A stretch of DNA of 63,584 nt, counting the filler, from Vannella sp. (lineage: Eukaryota): assembly GCA_023345925.1 (NCBI GenBank). It is 5 parts of 5 records of this genome, joined end to end, with 100 filler letters (N's around TTAATTAATTAA, not from the genome) between each part and the next. Parts side by side here need not be neighbours in the genome. Positions count along the whole stretch, not along the records: positions 1 to 17,614 come from JAJQQN010001454.1; 4 more parts are not named here. The stretch is one strand, 5' to 3'. The position numbers were made by a program, and so were the translations under genes. The notes below the pieces were generated by a model. It saw nothing but the letters and a program-made list of their open reading frames with translations. It ran no database searches and had not been told where the DNA came from. Position 1 is the first letter of the stretch. Every line of letters starts with the position of its first letter. Below, one piece after another: positions 1-13,148 of this stretch.

Positions 1-3000
1 GGCTTGGGCTTGCTCGCAACAACGCGACGCAGACTTCTAACCCGGCCTATAACCGGTCTAGACGTGTTGGGTTTGGGCTTTTTCCCTGCTGGCTCAGCGA
101 CAGATTCCTCTCGCGCTCGCTTTTTGGTGGGAGCCTGAATAGGAACAAATGGAGTAACATCCGACGGTGGCAGTGAGGGTTCTTCCTCGAGCTCTTCCAA
201 AGCGATTGGACCATTTTCCGCCTCCAGATCTATGGCAATAGCCGCATCTTCAGATGACTCCATCGAAATGACAGCCCGGTCATTGTGTGGAAGGTTGACC
301 ACTTGCGTTTCGCCTTGTTGGGCAATGTCTGGTACTTGGACGGCTTCGGGAAGTACGCCGACAGACTCCAATTCTATCTCCTCCTCTGGAGTGTTCTGCT
401 GCTGTAGTTGAGTGATGTGAGCTTTCAATTTTTGGATATCAGCACGCCGTTTGAGATCTTGGGTCTTCTTGGCTTTGAGGTGCTGTTGTTCCATATCAGC
501 GATCTGTTTCATTTTCTCTTCAAGCTGGCTTTGTAAGAATTGCCTGGTGGAGTTGCTCTCTGTAATTTGGTCGATAATCTGATTCCAATCATTGTCCTTT
601 CGGTTTAGATCTTCGTTCTCTCGTTTGAGACCCTCCAGCTCAATTTTCAATTGATCCATATCTACTAAGCGCTGTTCCAGTGTCAGACACTCTCTACGTT
701 TCGCTTCAAGCTTCTTCTGGCTTTCTGTGTTCTCACGACGAAGAAGTGCATTTGACTCCTGCAAGGCAGTCAAGTATTTCTCAGAAGGTCCAACAGTAGT
801 GCCTGGTTGCTCTCCAGCAACGCTCTCTCGCGAAAGCTTGGCAAGCAGCTGATCTCTCTCTGCAAGGAGACGATCCTCCCGGCCCTGTAATACGCGTAAA
901 CGCTCTTCAGCCGTTTGTTTCTCGGTCTGTATGGCAAGCTTTTCCTTCAAAATGGATTGAATGATCTGTCTCAGCTCCAGATTCGACTTCTCCACGGATC
1001 CTTCATCCGCTTCCATCAGCTCTGGGTCTCTCACTAATGTCTCTAGCTGAGATATCAAAAGGGTGTTTCGCACGTCGAGGTCTTCCTTTGCAGCAAGTAA
1101 CTGCTGTATGCGGTCCTGTAATGCCTGAACCTCTTGTTTTCCTGCAGCTTGCATCTTTGACAGATCAGTGGAGACTTCATGTAGCTGCCCAGATAACAAT
1201 TGAATCTGCTCCTCTCTCGAGGAGGATAATTCTCGAGCTTTGTCAAGCTGTGCGATGTCTTGCGCGTGCGATTTCATCTCCTGCTGATACTTTTCCTCGG
1301 TGTTCTGCCACTTGACTTCGTACTCTTTGCATTGAGCGGTAAATTGAGCCACTGTGCTCTCCAGCTCCACCATTCGGTCTTTCTGCCCATGAGTATCGCG
1401 AGAGGCTCTTTCCAATTGCGCGAGAAGATCTTCTAGCTTCTGTTGAGAAGCCTGGAATTTCTCTCTCCATTCTTCCTCTCGTTGCAATGCTCTTTGTGTC
1501 TGCTGGAAAGCTTCAGAGGAAGCGCGATCACTGATCTCTAGGGCTCTCTTGTGCTCCTCCTGCTCCTCTTTGGCGTGAGTAAGTTCCTCCTCTAGAGATT
1601 TGATTTGGTCCAAGGCTGACTCAAGCTTGAGGTCACTTGTGCCTGTGAAAGTTCTCGAAGACATTCCCGACGCTGTTCCTACTCCCTGCTTAATCAAGAG
1701 ATTCAACCTGGCATCTGCAGCTGCCACTTGCTGTCTCAGATCTTCTACTTGTGCCTGAGCATGGTGCATATTGCTTTCCAACACTGCCTTCTCTGAAAGG
1801 CTCTCACGGTGGCTGTTTCTATGTCTCTCAATCTCGTAAGTGAGTTCCTCTAGTTGCTTGTCTCTGAAGCACATGGTCTCTCGGTAAGTCTCAAACTCTT
1901 TCATCTTGGCTGCCTGCAAGTGGCTTAACTCCTCTCTGCAAGATTTGAGTTCTTGAGAGGAATCGGACTCGTGCTTCGAAGTGAACTTCTCGTAGGAGTT
2001 TGACTGGGTTTGCAACTTTTCAATGCAGTTTCGGAGAAGTGTTTTGTCTGCCTCAAGCTCCCGAACTTGCTGCTGTAAGACTAACTGGCCCTTTTCAAGG
2101 TTGAGCTTGGTTGGACGGAGTTGTTGAAGTTCTTGCTCAACAGCGATCAATTGCTTCTTTGTTTCTTCAAGATGTGAGCGCTGGCAGACATTCTCATTCT
2201 CCAGTTGTTTAGCTCGCGCGTTTAGGGTTGCGTGAGATTGCTGCAAAGTTTCCAATTGGGTTTGAAGAGCACGAGAATGCTGTTCAAAGCCTCGCTGCTC
2301 GTTGGTTGAAGAAGTGAGATTTGCTTCAAGAACTGCCACTCTGCTCTGGAACACCGAAAGTTCGTCTTTGCTCTTTGCCAAATCTTCCCTTAGCGCTCTC
2401 TCCACTTCTTCCAGTTCCCTTCTTGGAAGGTCTCCCCTGGATGCCCGCAACTGTGAGTCTTCCGCACCCTCCGAAGGATTGAATTGTGGGCTGTGTCCTT
2501 GTCCTTCGTTGCCAGATGATCTCAACTGGTCTAGTCCCACTTTCAAAAGTCTTTGGGCATTCCGAAGGGTCTTGAGCTCCTCTAGGCTGTTCTGATACTC
2601 TTGCAATGCAAACTTGCCCTCCCTTAATTGTCTTTCCAGGTCCATATTGCGCTGTTGCAAGGCCTTAATGGCTCTGAATGGTGTCCCTCTCTCTGAGTGG
2701 GGGCTGTCTTGGACAGACTTTCTCACTGCAAGAGGGAGAGACTCAGAAATAATACTGTTCTCCTTCAGGAGGAGTTGTACTTGACGAGCAAGCTGGTCAC
2801 GCTCACAAACAAGCATGACATTCTCCTTTTCATGAACTTCTGCAGACTTTTGATACTTCTGGCAGTCTCCCACGTAGGTCTCCAGGAGACGAGCAGCATT
2901 CTGTCTCTCAACCATGGCAATTCGATACTCCTCCCTCATCTTCTCCATGACTGGCTCCTTCTGTGCAATAGCCTCCTGGATCTTCTCCAACATGGAAGTC

Positions 3001-4501
3001 AGTCGCTCCGTTTGGGACTTCTCCTGAACAAGCTCTTCTGACTTTTGCTCGAAAGAAGCCACCAATTGCAAGAGAACCGCGCTGCGTTCACTCTGCGTTC
3101 CAGATTCATGAAGCTTCAACAGTTGGGAAGCAGATGGCCGACTCTGAAGATCTGCAATCTGCACGTCGCGCTGATGGAGGTCGACTCGAAGGCGATTCAC
3201 TTCCTGGCGTGCTTGCTTCGCCTCCTCCTGAGTGGCGTGTTGTTGGGCCCGGATGTGATGGAGCTCTTGTTTTTCTGATCTTTGAGTGTCTTTGAGCTCA
3301 TTGTGGAGCCTTACGAGCTGCTGGTGGTTGAGTTCAAGCTGGGCATTTGCCTCTCTCAAGAACTCAGCCTCTGCAAGGCGAGTATTGGCCAGCTCTAAGG
3401 TCTGAACAATACGTTGCTTGGAGCTTTCATGGAGAAGGTTCAGCTGATGGAGACTGAGCTCTCCTTCTTCAATTCGGCCACGCGCTTCCATTTCCTCTTT
3501 CTTTCTGAGGTTGGAGAGCTCTGTGATAACATGAGCTTGCTCCCTACACTTCGCTTGGAGGATTTGGTTCTCTGTTTGGACCTCTTCGGCAGCCCTGGCG
3601 CTCTGATCAAAGATCACCTTCAGCCGGGAAAGTTCTGCTTTGCAAGCTGCCAGCTCGATAGTAAGAGCCGTCTCAGAGTTAGAGGTTGTCAAGTGCTCTT
3701 TGTGGAGAGACTGAAGTTGTTCTACGAAGGGGAGAGAGTGAGAAGAGCGGAGGGGACCTCCATGAGACGACAAACCTTCAAGGAACTGGACACGATTGGC
3801 CTTGGTCTCTTCCAGGTACAAAGTAGATCGATACTGAGCTTGCTGGTGCTCCAGGCTGGCCTGGAGATGGGTGATTTGAGCCTTTTGGAGGATAACAAGC
3901 TTTCCAATGCTCCCGTCTCCATTCTCTGCCACGCGCTCAGACAGCTCGACCTGTATGTCTTCGTGCTGCTTCCTAAAGGCCTCGTTCTGTTCTCTCAAGT
4001 CGTGAAGCTCCTGCTCAGCGTTGATCTCCATCAACTCCCTCTCATGAGCTATCTGGTCCACAGCACTTCGCCCAGCAGCCTCCAGAAGTGCTATTGGGTT
4101 GCTCTTCAGTTCCTCAAACTGTGATCGCGTCAGCAACTTGCTTTCCCACTCGGCCATCTGCTCGTCTTCCTGAGTTGCGTCTCGAAGCTCCTCCTCTTCA
4201 GCAGGGGAGTCCCTTTGATTCTGCTCTTCCATTAAAGAGGAGGTATGCTCTTCTACAAGGAGTGCAGTGCTCTCACTCTCTGCTTCAAGCAGAGTCGGAT
4301 TTGTTTGCTTTTCAGCAGTTGGCGCGCTTTCCCGCCCTTCACCTTGTTGTTCGCCCTCTGCAGATGCTCCATCCCGCTCACTCTCAGCAGGCCCTGTGGG
4401 CTCCTTGTCAGACGCGAGACCCGCCAGTTCGGCTGTCAAGAAAATGGCTCATTTAGGGATCAACGGGAACCTGAAATCGGAGGCCATCGGAAAGCGGGCA
4501 T
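1..4501 (-). CDS. Very long coiled-coil protein (>1400 aa; possibly TPR/Mlp1 nucleoporin-like or myosin-tail-like), 3' end outside window
   Basis: Spot-checked minus-strand frame is open at both ends (AELAGLASDKEPTG...ERELMEINAEQELHDLREQNEAFRKQHED...RPVIGRVRSLRRVVASKPK) and is E/Q/K/R/L-rich. Probably absent from the ORF track because it has no stop in the window. Putative ATG 4501 plus a 38-nt GT-AG intron (~4433-4470) restores frame. Confidence 0.75.
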
Positions 4502-4653
4502 CTGATTGGCTGAATCAGTTCATTAGGACATATTCTGGGTGAATTCTCCTCTGAATGTTCAAAGATGAGTTAAACTCAATGATATTAATAAAAGGCGAAT
4601 GGAACGATTATTTGAGGGGTTTTGGTAATGGCTGTTCATTTTGTGCTGGTCTG

Positions 4654-5414
4654 ATGAAAGTTGCGCTTCTCTTGGCGGCTAGCCTTCTCCTTTGCGTTCA
4701 TGGCGGTAAGAGGCCCTTTTGGGTTTGATTAGAAACTAATGGGAAGGGAGAAGAGGCGGGATTCGACCTCAGTTACTTTCAAGGAGCCGTGAGTGTGTCC
4801 TCTTTCCAGTGCCTTGCCAACAGCGGGTACGGTTTTGGTATCATTGAGGCTAGCAAAGGTAGTGAGGGAGCCATCAATCCTTATTGTAAGCCCAATCCTC
4901 GTCCTCCGAGCGAGATCCTCATTTGTAACTCGCGTTAGTGACTACGGCGTACTTCAATGCTCGCCAAGTGTTCGCTAATGTTGACGTTTACATCTTCCCT
5001 GATACCAGTCAAAGCGCCTCCAGCTTAATCTCGTCCTTCGTGAACCAGATGCTCAGTAGCGGGGTCCTGAACACGAACATGGTGTGGATGGACATTGAAG
5101 GCCCTCAGTATTGGTCTTCCTCTTGCACTAGCAACCAGAACTGGTTGGCCGAGGCCATCAGCACCATCGACTCTCTCTACAAAGGCTGCGGTCTCTCCAG
5201 CTGCGTGGGAATCTATGCTTCTGAGAGCCAATGGTCCCCTATCATGTGCAACACGGCCCAGTTCTCCAATCACCAGCTGTGGTACGCTCACTACGACAAC
5301 AGCGCCTCGTTCTCCGACTTTGTCCCCTTCGGAGGGTGGAGCAAGCCCAACATCAAGCAATACCAAGGAACCACTTACCTTTGCTCCACCGCCATCGACA
5401 AAGACTACTATTAG
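4654..5414 (+). CDS. Secreted GH25-family lysozyme (amoeba/nematode Lys-type)
   Basis: Signal peptide MKVALLLAASLLLCVHG, then GFDLSYFQG..FQCL, YIFP, WMDIEG, GIY, LWYAHYDNSASFSDFVPFGGWSKPNIKQY; two short introns. Confidence 0.85.
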
Positions 5415-5551
5415 CTTACCACGTCTCTGGGAGGCCTCATCTCTTCCACCTCCTGCCGAAACGATCTAAAAATGCTTCAATTCGTCCTGGAGCAAAAGGA
5501 AAGTGATTTTTATATGATTTTACTTTTCCACTTTTTGTGGGCATTTGAGCG

Positions 5552-6643
5552 ATGCTCGCGAGGAAGGTGTTGTTGGTGGGTGTGTTGGGACCTGTCATGT
5601 TGGCAGGCTTGGTGAACCAGTATCGACCGCACTCCTCGCTTGGCTTGTTTAGGGAGTCTGAAGCCAAGCTCCTCACGAAGCATATCAAGGAAAGCTCCTT
5701 TACGTTGAGGGATGTGGAGATCTCAGGATCGCGCTACCTTCACACTCTGATCGTCAATGAGGGCCAGCATAACCCTGAGCTACCCAACCTCGTCTTAGTA
5801 CATGGCTGGAGCTCAGGATTAGCGCTTTGGGCGAAGAACGTGGACCATTTGGCGAAGCACTTTAACGTGTACGCCGTCGACTTGCTGGGGTTCGGTCTTT
5901 CCTCTCGCCCTGGCTTTCCTAGAGCTCCTAACGCAAGTCCAGAGCGAGCGAAAGAGTTCTGGGTTGATTCACTGCACGAATGGAAGCTTGAGGTCTTTGG
6001 AGATGAGGAGATTGTCCTACTTGGACACTCTCTTGGAGGGTTTTTGGCTTGCTCCTACGCACTAGAGAAGCCCGAGCACTTGAAACGAGTCATTTTAGCT
6101 GCACCAGTTGGGATTGCACCGTGGAAATTCTCCAACGAAGGAGGATACCAAAGGAAAATAGTGCGTTTCTTGATTTGGACCGTTGGAATCACTCCCCAGT
6201 TCCTACTGCGAGTGACAGGGTACTTCTCAAAGTCATTATGGCAGAAAGTAGGAGTCGCCAGTAACTACCGAGACTTGGACGAGGACGGATGGGAGTATTT
6301 GTACCAAGCTCAAATGGGAGCCCCCTCTGGAGATCGGGCCTTTATGAATCTGCTCACTCAAGATGGATGGGGTAACTACTCCGGACTCATTCTACGTAAA
6401 TCTAATCTCAACTATCCAGGCTATCCCTTACTGGACAAGCTCAAAGAGATGAAAGTTCCGGGAAGGATTATTTACGGGGCTCGTGATTATGTCCGTCCGG
6501 ACATCATGCCAGAAGTTTCTCAACGCACTTCTCTCTTGGACCATCGAGTTATATCAGACGCAGGACATCACATGTACTGGTCTCATAACCTCCAATTTTC
6601 AGACACAATAATCAACTTCCACCCAGTCCCTCGCAAAGAGTAA
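5552..6643 (+). CDS. Alpha/beta hydrolase, ABHD4/ABHD5-like
   Basis: LVLVHGW, VYAVDLLGFGLSSRP, GHSLGG nucleophile elbow, C-terminal AGHH; probable short in-frame intron near 6372-6420. Confidence 0.85.
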   Translation: MLARKVLLVGVLGPVMLAGLVNQYRPHSSLGLFRESEAKLLTKHIKESSFTLRDVEISGSRYLHTLIVNEGQHNPELPNLVLVHGWSSGLALWAKNVDHLAKHFNVYAVDLLGFGLSSRPGFPRAPNASPERAKEFWVDSLHEWKLEVFGDEEIVLLGHSLGGFLACSYALEKPEHLKRVILAAPVGIAPWKFSNEGGYQRKIVRFLIWTVGITPQFLLRVTGYFSKSLWQKVGVASNYRDLDEDGWEYLYQAQMGAPSGDRAFMNLLTQDGWGNYSGLILRKSNLNYPGYPLLDKLKEMKVPGRIIYGARDYVRPDIMPEVSQRTSLLDHRVISDAGHHMYWSHNLQFSDTIINFHPVPRKE

Positions 6644-6716
6644 AGCGTGAGTTGGGGACTTTCCAAATATATCTGGCCAGTAACAAGTTTCATTTTGGTG
6701 GTGAGGAAGGGGCAAG

Positions 6717-9376
6717 CTACATCATACCGAATCCGGTGGCGTTTTGAATTGCCACAAGAAGTCGGCCTCGCAACTTCTCCTCCGTCGAATATGGGGGAAG
6801 TAGGAACACGTTAAAGCACGTTCGCGACTGTGGAAGTTGGTCGTCGTCCTCTCCGTGTTTCATAATGACCAGCCGTAGATTGCTGAGACCGCCGATGGGG
6901 GCACGGTCGGATCCAGTAGTGAAAGTCAGAAACTGTTTCTTCTCGTCCTTGCTGAGAGAGTGCAAAACTTTCCAAAAGATCCTGTTCAAAGTCAGCCAAC
7001 TCCTCAGGATTCTGTTTGGACTCACTTGACAGTCTCATGCTCTTCTGAGAATCCAGATTCGTACAAAGTCACTTGTTCAAGTGCTTCAAAGTCCAATTCA
7101 GTGACTCCACAGATCAAGAGTTCGACTTCTTCGACACGGAATAGAGAGAAGAAGCTTCCTTCACATACTTGCTTGAAGCCGGTTTGGAACGCTTTGAATT
7201 GCTGCTCAATGGATCTCTCTAATAGCCATTGGACATACAATTGCACAAACTCGTGCTTGTTGGACTGCGTTACGGTCACATTCCCGCCGTTCTCAATGAG
7301 ATCAACGGTCTTTGTCTCTCCATAGTAGCTAAACATCACTTGGAAGTTCAGTCCGAAAAGCTCTTCCAGATCACTGCCGGAGTAGGACAGTAGCGAGGTG
7401 AGTCCACTCCAAACTTTCTACTCCATTTGGTAAGAGGAGTGCTTGCGAGAGGAAGCTACCTACTGGTTCAATATCCTTCAGATCATCCATAGAGAGCGGG
7501 ACATTCATTATCTTCTTGTAGAATGCAACCGGGAATCGGATGTCCAAGATGACCGAGTTGTAAATAGCCAGCCCAAGGAGCGTGCCAATCAGTTTGAACT
7601 CATTGAGGTCCTCCGAAGTAGAATTCATCCAGTAAGTCATGGTCTCTTCGTTCAACACGAACATTCCTGTACTGTGTTAGAGAGAGGTGACTTCCTTTTG
7701 TGGCTCAAATACCATATTTCTGATCAAAGAGCTCCTTGATAATCAGTTGGAAGAACTCCTTCTGGACACCACCTGCGTCAATTCCTTCCTCGCGCGCGAA
7801 TTTGATGCGCAGCTGGCGCTTGAAAGCGGAAGGATCCTGTTCCATAACAGATTCCACCTGCGCAAGAGCGGATGCGACCAATCTCTCCCGGTCCACTTTT
7901 AGTACCAAGTCAGCTGGTCGCCCGCTAAAAGGATTGCGCTGATATCAAAGGTAAATTATAGCGCCTTGAGCGGTTTAGATACCTACCCCTTGCTCCATCT
8001 GCTGAAATCGGAAGTCAAAGTCCAGCATTCGACTCTTAACGAGGGGATTAAGTGCAAAGCAGAAGCTGCAAACAGAGAACCTGGGGAGCAATGTTAAGGC
8101 CACTTTGAAGAGATGTGCGAATACGAACTCTTGCTCCCTTTTAACTTGATTCCTCCTCCAAAGGACGAAGTTCTCCACCATTTGGTCCTGCTCTGCCATC
8201 CTCTCGTTGACAGGGTCGTTGTAGAATTCAGAGTACAGAATAGGCTCTCCGAGATTCTTGTTGGCTTGGTGGACTATCTGGAGGAAGGAGAGACCCCCGC
8301 GAATCCCATCATCATGGTGGAGCATTCGCACGCTCTCTTCCTCCATAGCACGCATAGAAAGAAGGCTTTGAGATGCTGTAAGATAATATCTGAGGCGTTC
8401 CACTCCCTCACTTTGGGTTCCTGTGAGAAAGAGAGTGAATTAGAACGAACTTTACCTCTCGATCCAATGAGTAACTGTGCTGATCCCGATAGGTGAAAGA
8501 GAGGCAATGCAAGAGAGCAAAGGAATCAAAAACTGCTTATACTGAAACGGATCGGTCAAGAGAGGGCTCTAAGAGCGAAGTCAGGTCAGCTCAATACCAA
8601 CTCACTTGAACACCAACCTGGAGGAAGACCATGATGAAGCGTAGCTTCTCCGGAACCTCAAAGCTGCTCTTTTGGACCCTAATCTCCGAACGGATGCTCG
8701 TCAGCGACCTTTCAATCGACGATTGAGTAAGTTCGGCAAGTTCTGGGTGGCTCAGCAGTTCAAAAGCCTTTGAAACTGCATCCAAGTCCACACCTGACTG
8801 TCTTTCATCAGCCAATCCTGCCAGCCCTTCGTATAGGAAGCTCTGGTTGAGCGATTCAGTGTTGTAGAAGACTTCTCCAATGGCTCTTCGGAGATTGCCA
8901 AAGTCTTGTGCACTAGTGGAGAGAGAGATCTGCTCTTTGATTCGGTCCAAGGTGAAGTAAGCCGGAGCTGCTCCGCAGAGCTTAGGCTTCTGTCCCGGAT
9001 TGGAGGAAAGTGTGTGTTCCGTCCCCAGCTCAATAGCCTTCGCCTGCAGCTCCTTTTTCGTTGATGGCGGTACAAACTCTGCAATGACGTGAGTACGTGC
9101 ACGTGATCCAAAGGATTCACTGACCTGGGCAAGAGGCGCAGTTCTCGTTACTGCAGACAGCTCTTCCACATCCTTGGATAATCTGCCCATAGAAGCTGAA
9201 AGCCACGTTAGTTGATGCCCTCATCTCCATCTCCATCTCCCCTCATACGCTTTGATAATCTCACGGAACTTTGCTCTCAAGGGGTCCTCCTCACTCATCT
9301 CGGGAAGAAGGGGAAATGCTTCCTGGAAGGTAGAGTTGGAGAATTGCGGGATTTCCTTCGTTCTCACGTTCGACAT
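6717..9376 (-). CDS. UBE3A: HECT E3 ubiquitin ligase, UBE3A/E6AP-like (AZUL + HECT), multi-exon
   Basis: N-terminal AZUL Zn-finger FYGQIIQGCGRAVCSNENCASCP (~9125-9195); EEGIDAGGVQKEFF, LLGLAIYN, FTTGSDRAPIGGL, catalytic RTCFN, ends GFGMM. Confidence 0.85.
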
Positions 9377-9577
9377 CTTCTCCAAGTCTAAAGAAAATGA
9401 TGACCAAGAATTCAGAAGCCATCTTTTGCACCCCCAAAATGTGTCGAGTCCCATAAAATTAAAAATTCCTGGAATTAAAATTCGATCTTGTTTGATATGG
9501 CTTTTTCGGTCTTTGACGCTTTCTTTTCACTCATCCACGTGCAAATATGGGTTTCCGTTGTTTCGGTCATTAATTTG

Positions 9578-11348
9578 ATGGCTTCTTCTGTGACGTTGCT
9601 TCGCTGCCCATTGCTGTGTTCGTTGAGGGACAGTTTGGTGAAGGGAGACTGACGAGTCAGGATTAGGGAATGCCAGAGTATGGGAGCGCGCCTTTCGATC
9701 AGTGGCTCCAGAGGGGATGGGAGTGGAGCAGTTCGCGTTGTTCTTCGAGAGGGTTGGCCTTCCTTCCGCTTCTCTTCAGGATAACGCCTTCTTCCAGAGA
9801 TTCTATGCTGTTTTCGACCCAGACAGCCTTCGCAGGATACAATGGAGTGGTCTACAGGCCATCATTGAAGCGTTTGTAGAGCCGCAGAATGTTCCAGGAC
9901 AACTTGAAGGTACCCTTCGCCCCTCTACTGAGAGACTGGTTCACTGATGTATAATACCAGCGGGTTTCTCTTTCTTTGACGTGGAGGGAAGCGGAGCGCT
10001 GCAGCAGGAACATGTCCTCATTCTCCTGCCCTCAATATGCCACGCAATGCAGTCTGCCTCCGGCAAGACGATGCCCTTCCCATTTGACAGCAAAGAATCC
10101 ATTTCTCAGTGGGTTAGAACAGCCTTTGACACACTAGGAGTCATCGGAGAGCCATTGAATCTGAAAGAGTACTTTGTGATCGCCAAGTCATCCCCATGGG
10201 CTCTAGCAGTCTTATCTCTTGGTGGTTTCATTCCATCCGCTTCCAAGGCGCCTATAGAGGATCTAGTTGGAAACCCAGCTCCTTCCATGCTCCGGAGGAA
10301 GAGGCGCAGTCAAAGCCAAATGTCTCGTTCCCCGTCAAATCCTCCTCCAGATGCCAGCAACTCTATGATTGAAAAGATGAGGGAGATGAAGCGACTATTG
10401 AAAGAGTCAGAGGAACGGGAACGCCAATTAAAGCTTCAACTGGAAGAAGCTTTAAAAGTGAATGCCCAAAGTGTCCATGTCGATGAAGAATCGGATGAAT
10501 GGACTGACTCTGAAGAGGCAACAAGTATTCTTGAAAGAGATGAACCTTCAGAGGAGCAGAATGTTCGTTTACTTGCGCAAGTCAGAACATTGCAGGCCGA
10601 GCTGAGGAAATATGTGACCAATTGTCATCGCCTCCGCAAGGAGAAAAGAGAGCTCATCGATAAGAATGGCACTCTGCGGGTTGAGATGCGTCAGTTACAA
10701 AAATTATCTGAAGTTCCTGGCAATGGAGAGCGGTCTCGAACAAGCTCATTCAACCGGGAATCGCCACTTTTTTTGCCCACAGAGCCAGCTAGAAATGGTG
10801 CTGACGTCCCAGCTGATGTATGGAGTCCCTCCACTAGTGAACAGCTGGACAGTTATTATTCGATGCTTTGTTGGACACTACAAGCTAACCGTATAAGTCC
10901 CTCTCCAGATAGTGACTTGGATCCTGTTCCGCCTGGGAAGGTACAGAAAGTGGATGTGGTCATGAAGCGCGGCGATTTTATCCAGAACTGGAAGAAGAGG
11001 CTCATTATAGCCACCGATACAATGGTTCATTACTACCTGGATCCAATGAAACCTAGAGGTAGTATCGAACTTCGAACCGTTCGGGCTGTGCGAGAAGCAG
11101 ATAGCTCCAATTTACCTTTAACTCTAGAAATACTCACTCCTCAGCGAATTTGGGCTCTTTCCTTCTCATCTCGTACCCAAATGCAAGAATGGAATGCCCT
11201 ATTCAAGCGCTCTGCAACCGAGAATGCGAGGCGCATAGCCCGTGAGAAAGAACTTCGCCTGGCTCAAGAAAAGGCTGCTCTCGAGTACAGGAAGCAAAAC
11301 GCACCTCTCAATCCATCCAAAGGAAATGATAGTCTCTGGAGTTTCTAA
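9578..11348 (+). CDS. EF-hand-like + coiled-coil + PH domain protein
   Basis: N-terminal EF-hand-like segments (FYAVFDPD; FSFFDVEGSGAL), central coiled coil, C-terminal PH domain (KRGDFIQNWKKR...PRGSIEL...EWNALF); start uncertain. Confidence 0.7.
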
Positions 11349-11360
11349 AGAAAACAATGT

Positions 11361-13121
11361 TCATTCATCCTTAGGCTCCAATAACCGGATATTCAGACTG
11401 CGACACTGCAAACGAAATAGCTGCGTTCTGTCTTGAAGATATGCTTGGTGGGATTTCTCCAAGTTCTGAACTAAAAGGCGCTCAGTGACGTTTTGATGTC
11501 CACTGCGGAGTGGCCTCCTTGCCATTGTCTCCAAAGATCTCCCCGAGGTATCGTACCCTCGCAGCTCTACCTCAAGTATTGCCTTTGCCTGTCACTAGAG
11601 TTAGAATCTCAAAGTTCGAGAGCGACCACACTAACCTCGACTGCAGCAGGGGTAAGTGTTTTGAAAGAGAAAAAATCTTCAAGAAGGGAATCGATGGAGT
11701 CGCGGTGAGCTTGTACACGGCTGTGCCGTTCCTGGATTTGCTCTATTCTTTGACTTGAGCGGTGCCACTGGATGGCCTGCCTCCGGGATTGTAAGGCGAG
11801 AGACAAACGACAGCGGATGCACGCATTTAACTGAAGGGTACCATCCATTGGCTTCATCTTTGGAAACAAATCAGTCGAAAAGCAAATCGACGAAGTCCCA
11901 CAGGCTTTGCAAAAGACTGAACGACACAATTGGCAAGATTTCCGGACCGAGAACTGAGAGAAATGCTTGTCGCAGTGACCACACGTGGAGTAGGTCTCTT
12001 TGATACTCCAGGTAATGTTCTTGACGATGTTGAGAGAAGACATTCCTTCACTTAACGAGGTCCCCAAGGGATCTTTCTCCATCTCCTGTGGAGAGTGGGA
12101 AGATGAGTTGCAACTTCCGAGAGGGCAAGGGAGCGGCGCTTACCTGCTGGAATTCTATTAGATTTGTCTCTATCTTGCTAATATGACTGATGAGAAGCAA
12201 CTCCCGCGCTTCTGAGCACCGCTTTCGGAGTGCCTTGAATCGGTTTGTGTGATCAACCGCCTGTCCAATCTCTTGGAAGAAGTGTTCGCGGCACCAGAAG
12301 CAGATGGAGGCGTCTTCTCTTTCCATCATGTCAAACAGAACCTCGCCAGGAGTGTTGGCAACGCAGCGGAGTTCTCGTTTCCATCCTTGAGGAGGAATCA
12401 GATTGGCTTCAGTCACGTGCCGTTGGCAATAGTTCTGGCTACATCTACGCCACAGTGTAAGCCATTACGATCCCCTTCATCCATAAACCTCTCACTTGTA
12501 GCAGCGCTCCAGTCCAACTGTCCGAGTGCATTGGAGGAAGTGACATTTCTCTGGTGGGGGTGCGCGGCTCTCTTTCCGAGGTGAAGTTGATAGAGTAACT
12601 GGATTCGCTACTTCTCTAGCTACTGGTCGAATGGAGGGTGCCGGTGTGGGAGGCAGGGTGAGAGCTTTTGTCAGGAAGTTACGGAACTTCGAGAATCCTT
12701 CCCTCATGGCTTCTCCTGGCGGGCCTTGGGTAGCCTGTGTTTGAGGGGGAGAGATGTTACACTCTCCCATCACTAACCAGTCATCAATGTCATCTAATTG
12801 CTCCACAGAGGCTGCTGGGAAGGTGGCGACCTCCTTCTCTTCCACAGGAGAGGGTAAGATGAGCTCTTCTTGCTCCGGTAGATCGCGGATAGGAGTAGGA
12901 AGGAACAGTATCAAAGAACTGGCCAGATCATCCTCCCCCGCTGGCCACAACTCGCTCCTCGACAAATGCCCTTCCCTCGGCAGAAAGAAGTCTTCCAAGC
13001 GCTCCTTCAGACTCTTCTCCACCAACCCTTCCACCTCTACAAAGCCCTCGTCTGACAAAGCGTCCTCTTGCTCCACCTCCAAGTCCAACTCGACAAAGTC
13101 CTCCAACGAGGAGTCACTCAT
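11361..13121 (-). CDS. Rabenosyn-5/Pep7(Vac1)-like FYVE-type zinc-finger protein, multi-exon
   Basis: Spliced reading: acidic N-terminus MSDSSLEDF, Cys cluster CYK|CSQNYCQRH, DHTNRFKALRK, FYVE-like CGHCDKHF...CQLCRSVFCKAC...CIRC, final exon ending EPKDE* at 11361. Confidence 0.65.
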
Positions 13122-13148
13122 CCCAGGAGAAGAGGAAATGAGCTTCAT

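Noticed and set aside
1037..4542. Plus-strand Leu/Ser-rich ORFs
   Set aside because: Antisense shadows of the minus-strand coiled-coil gene.
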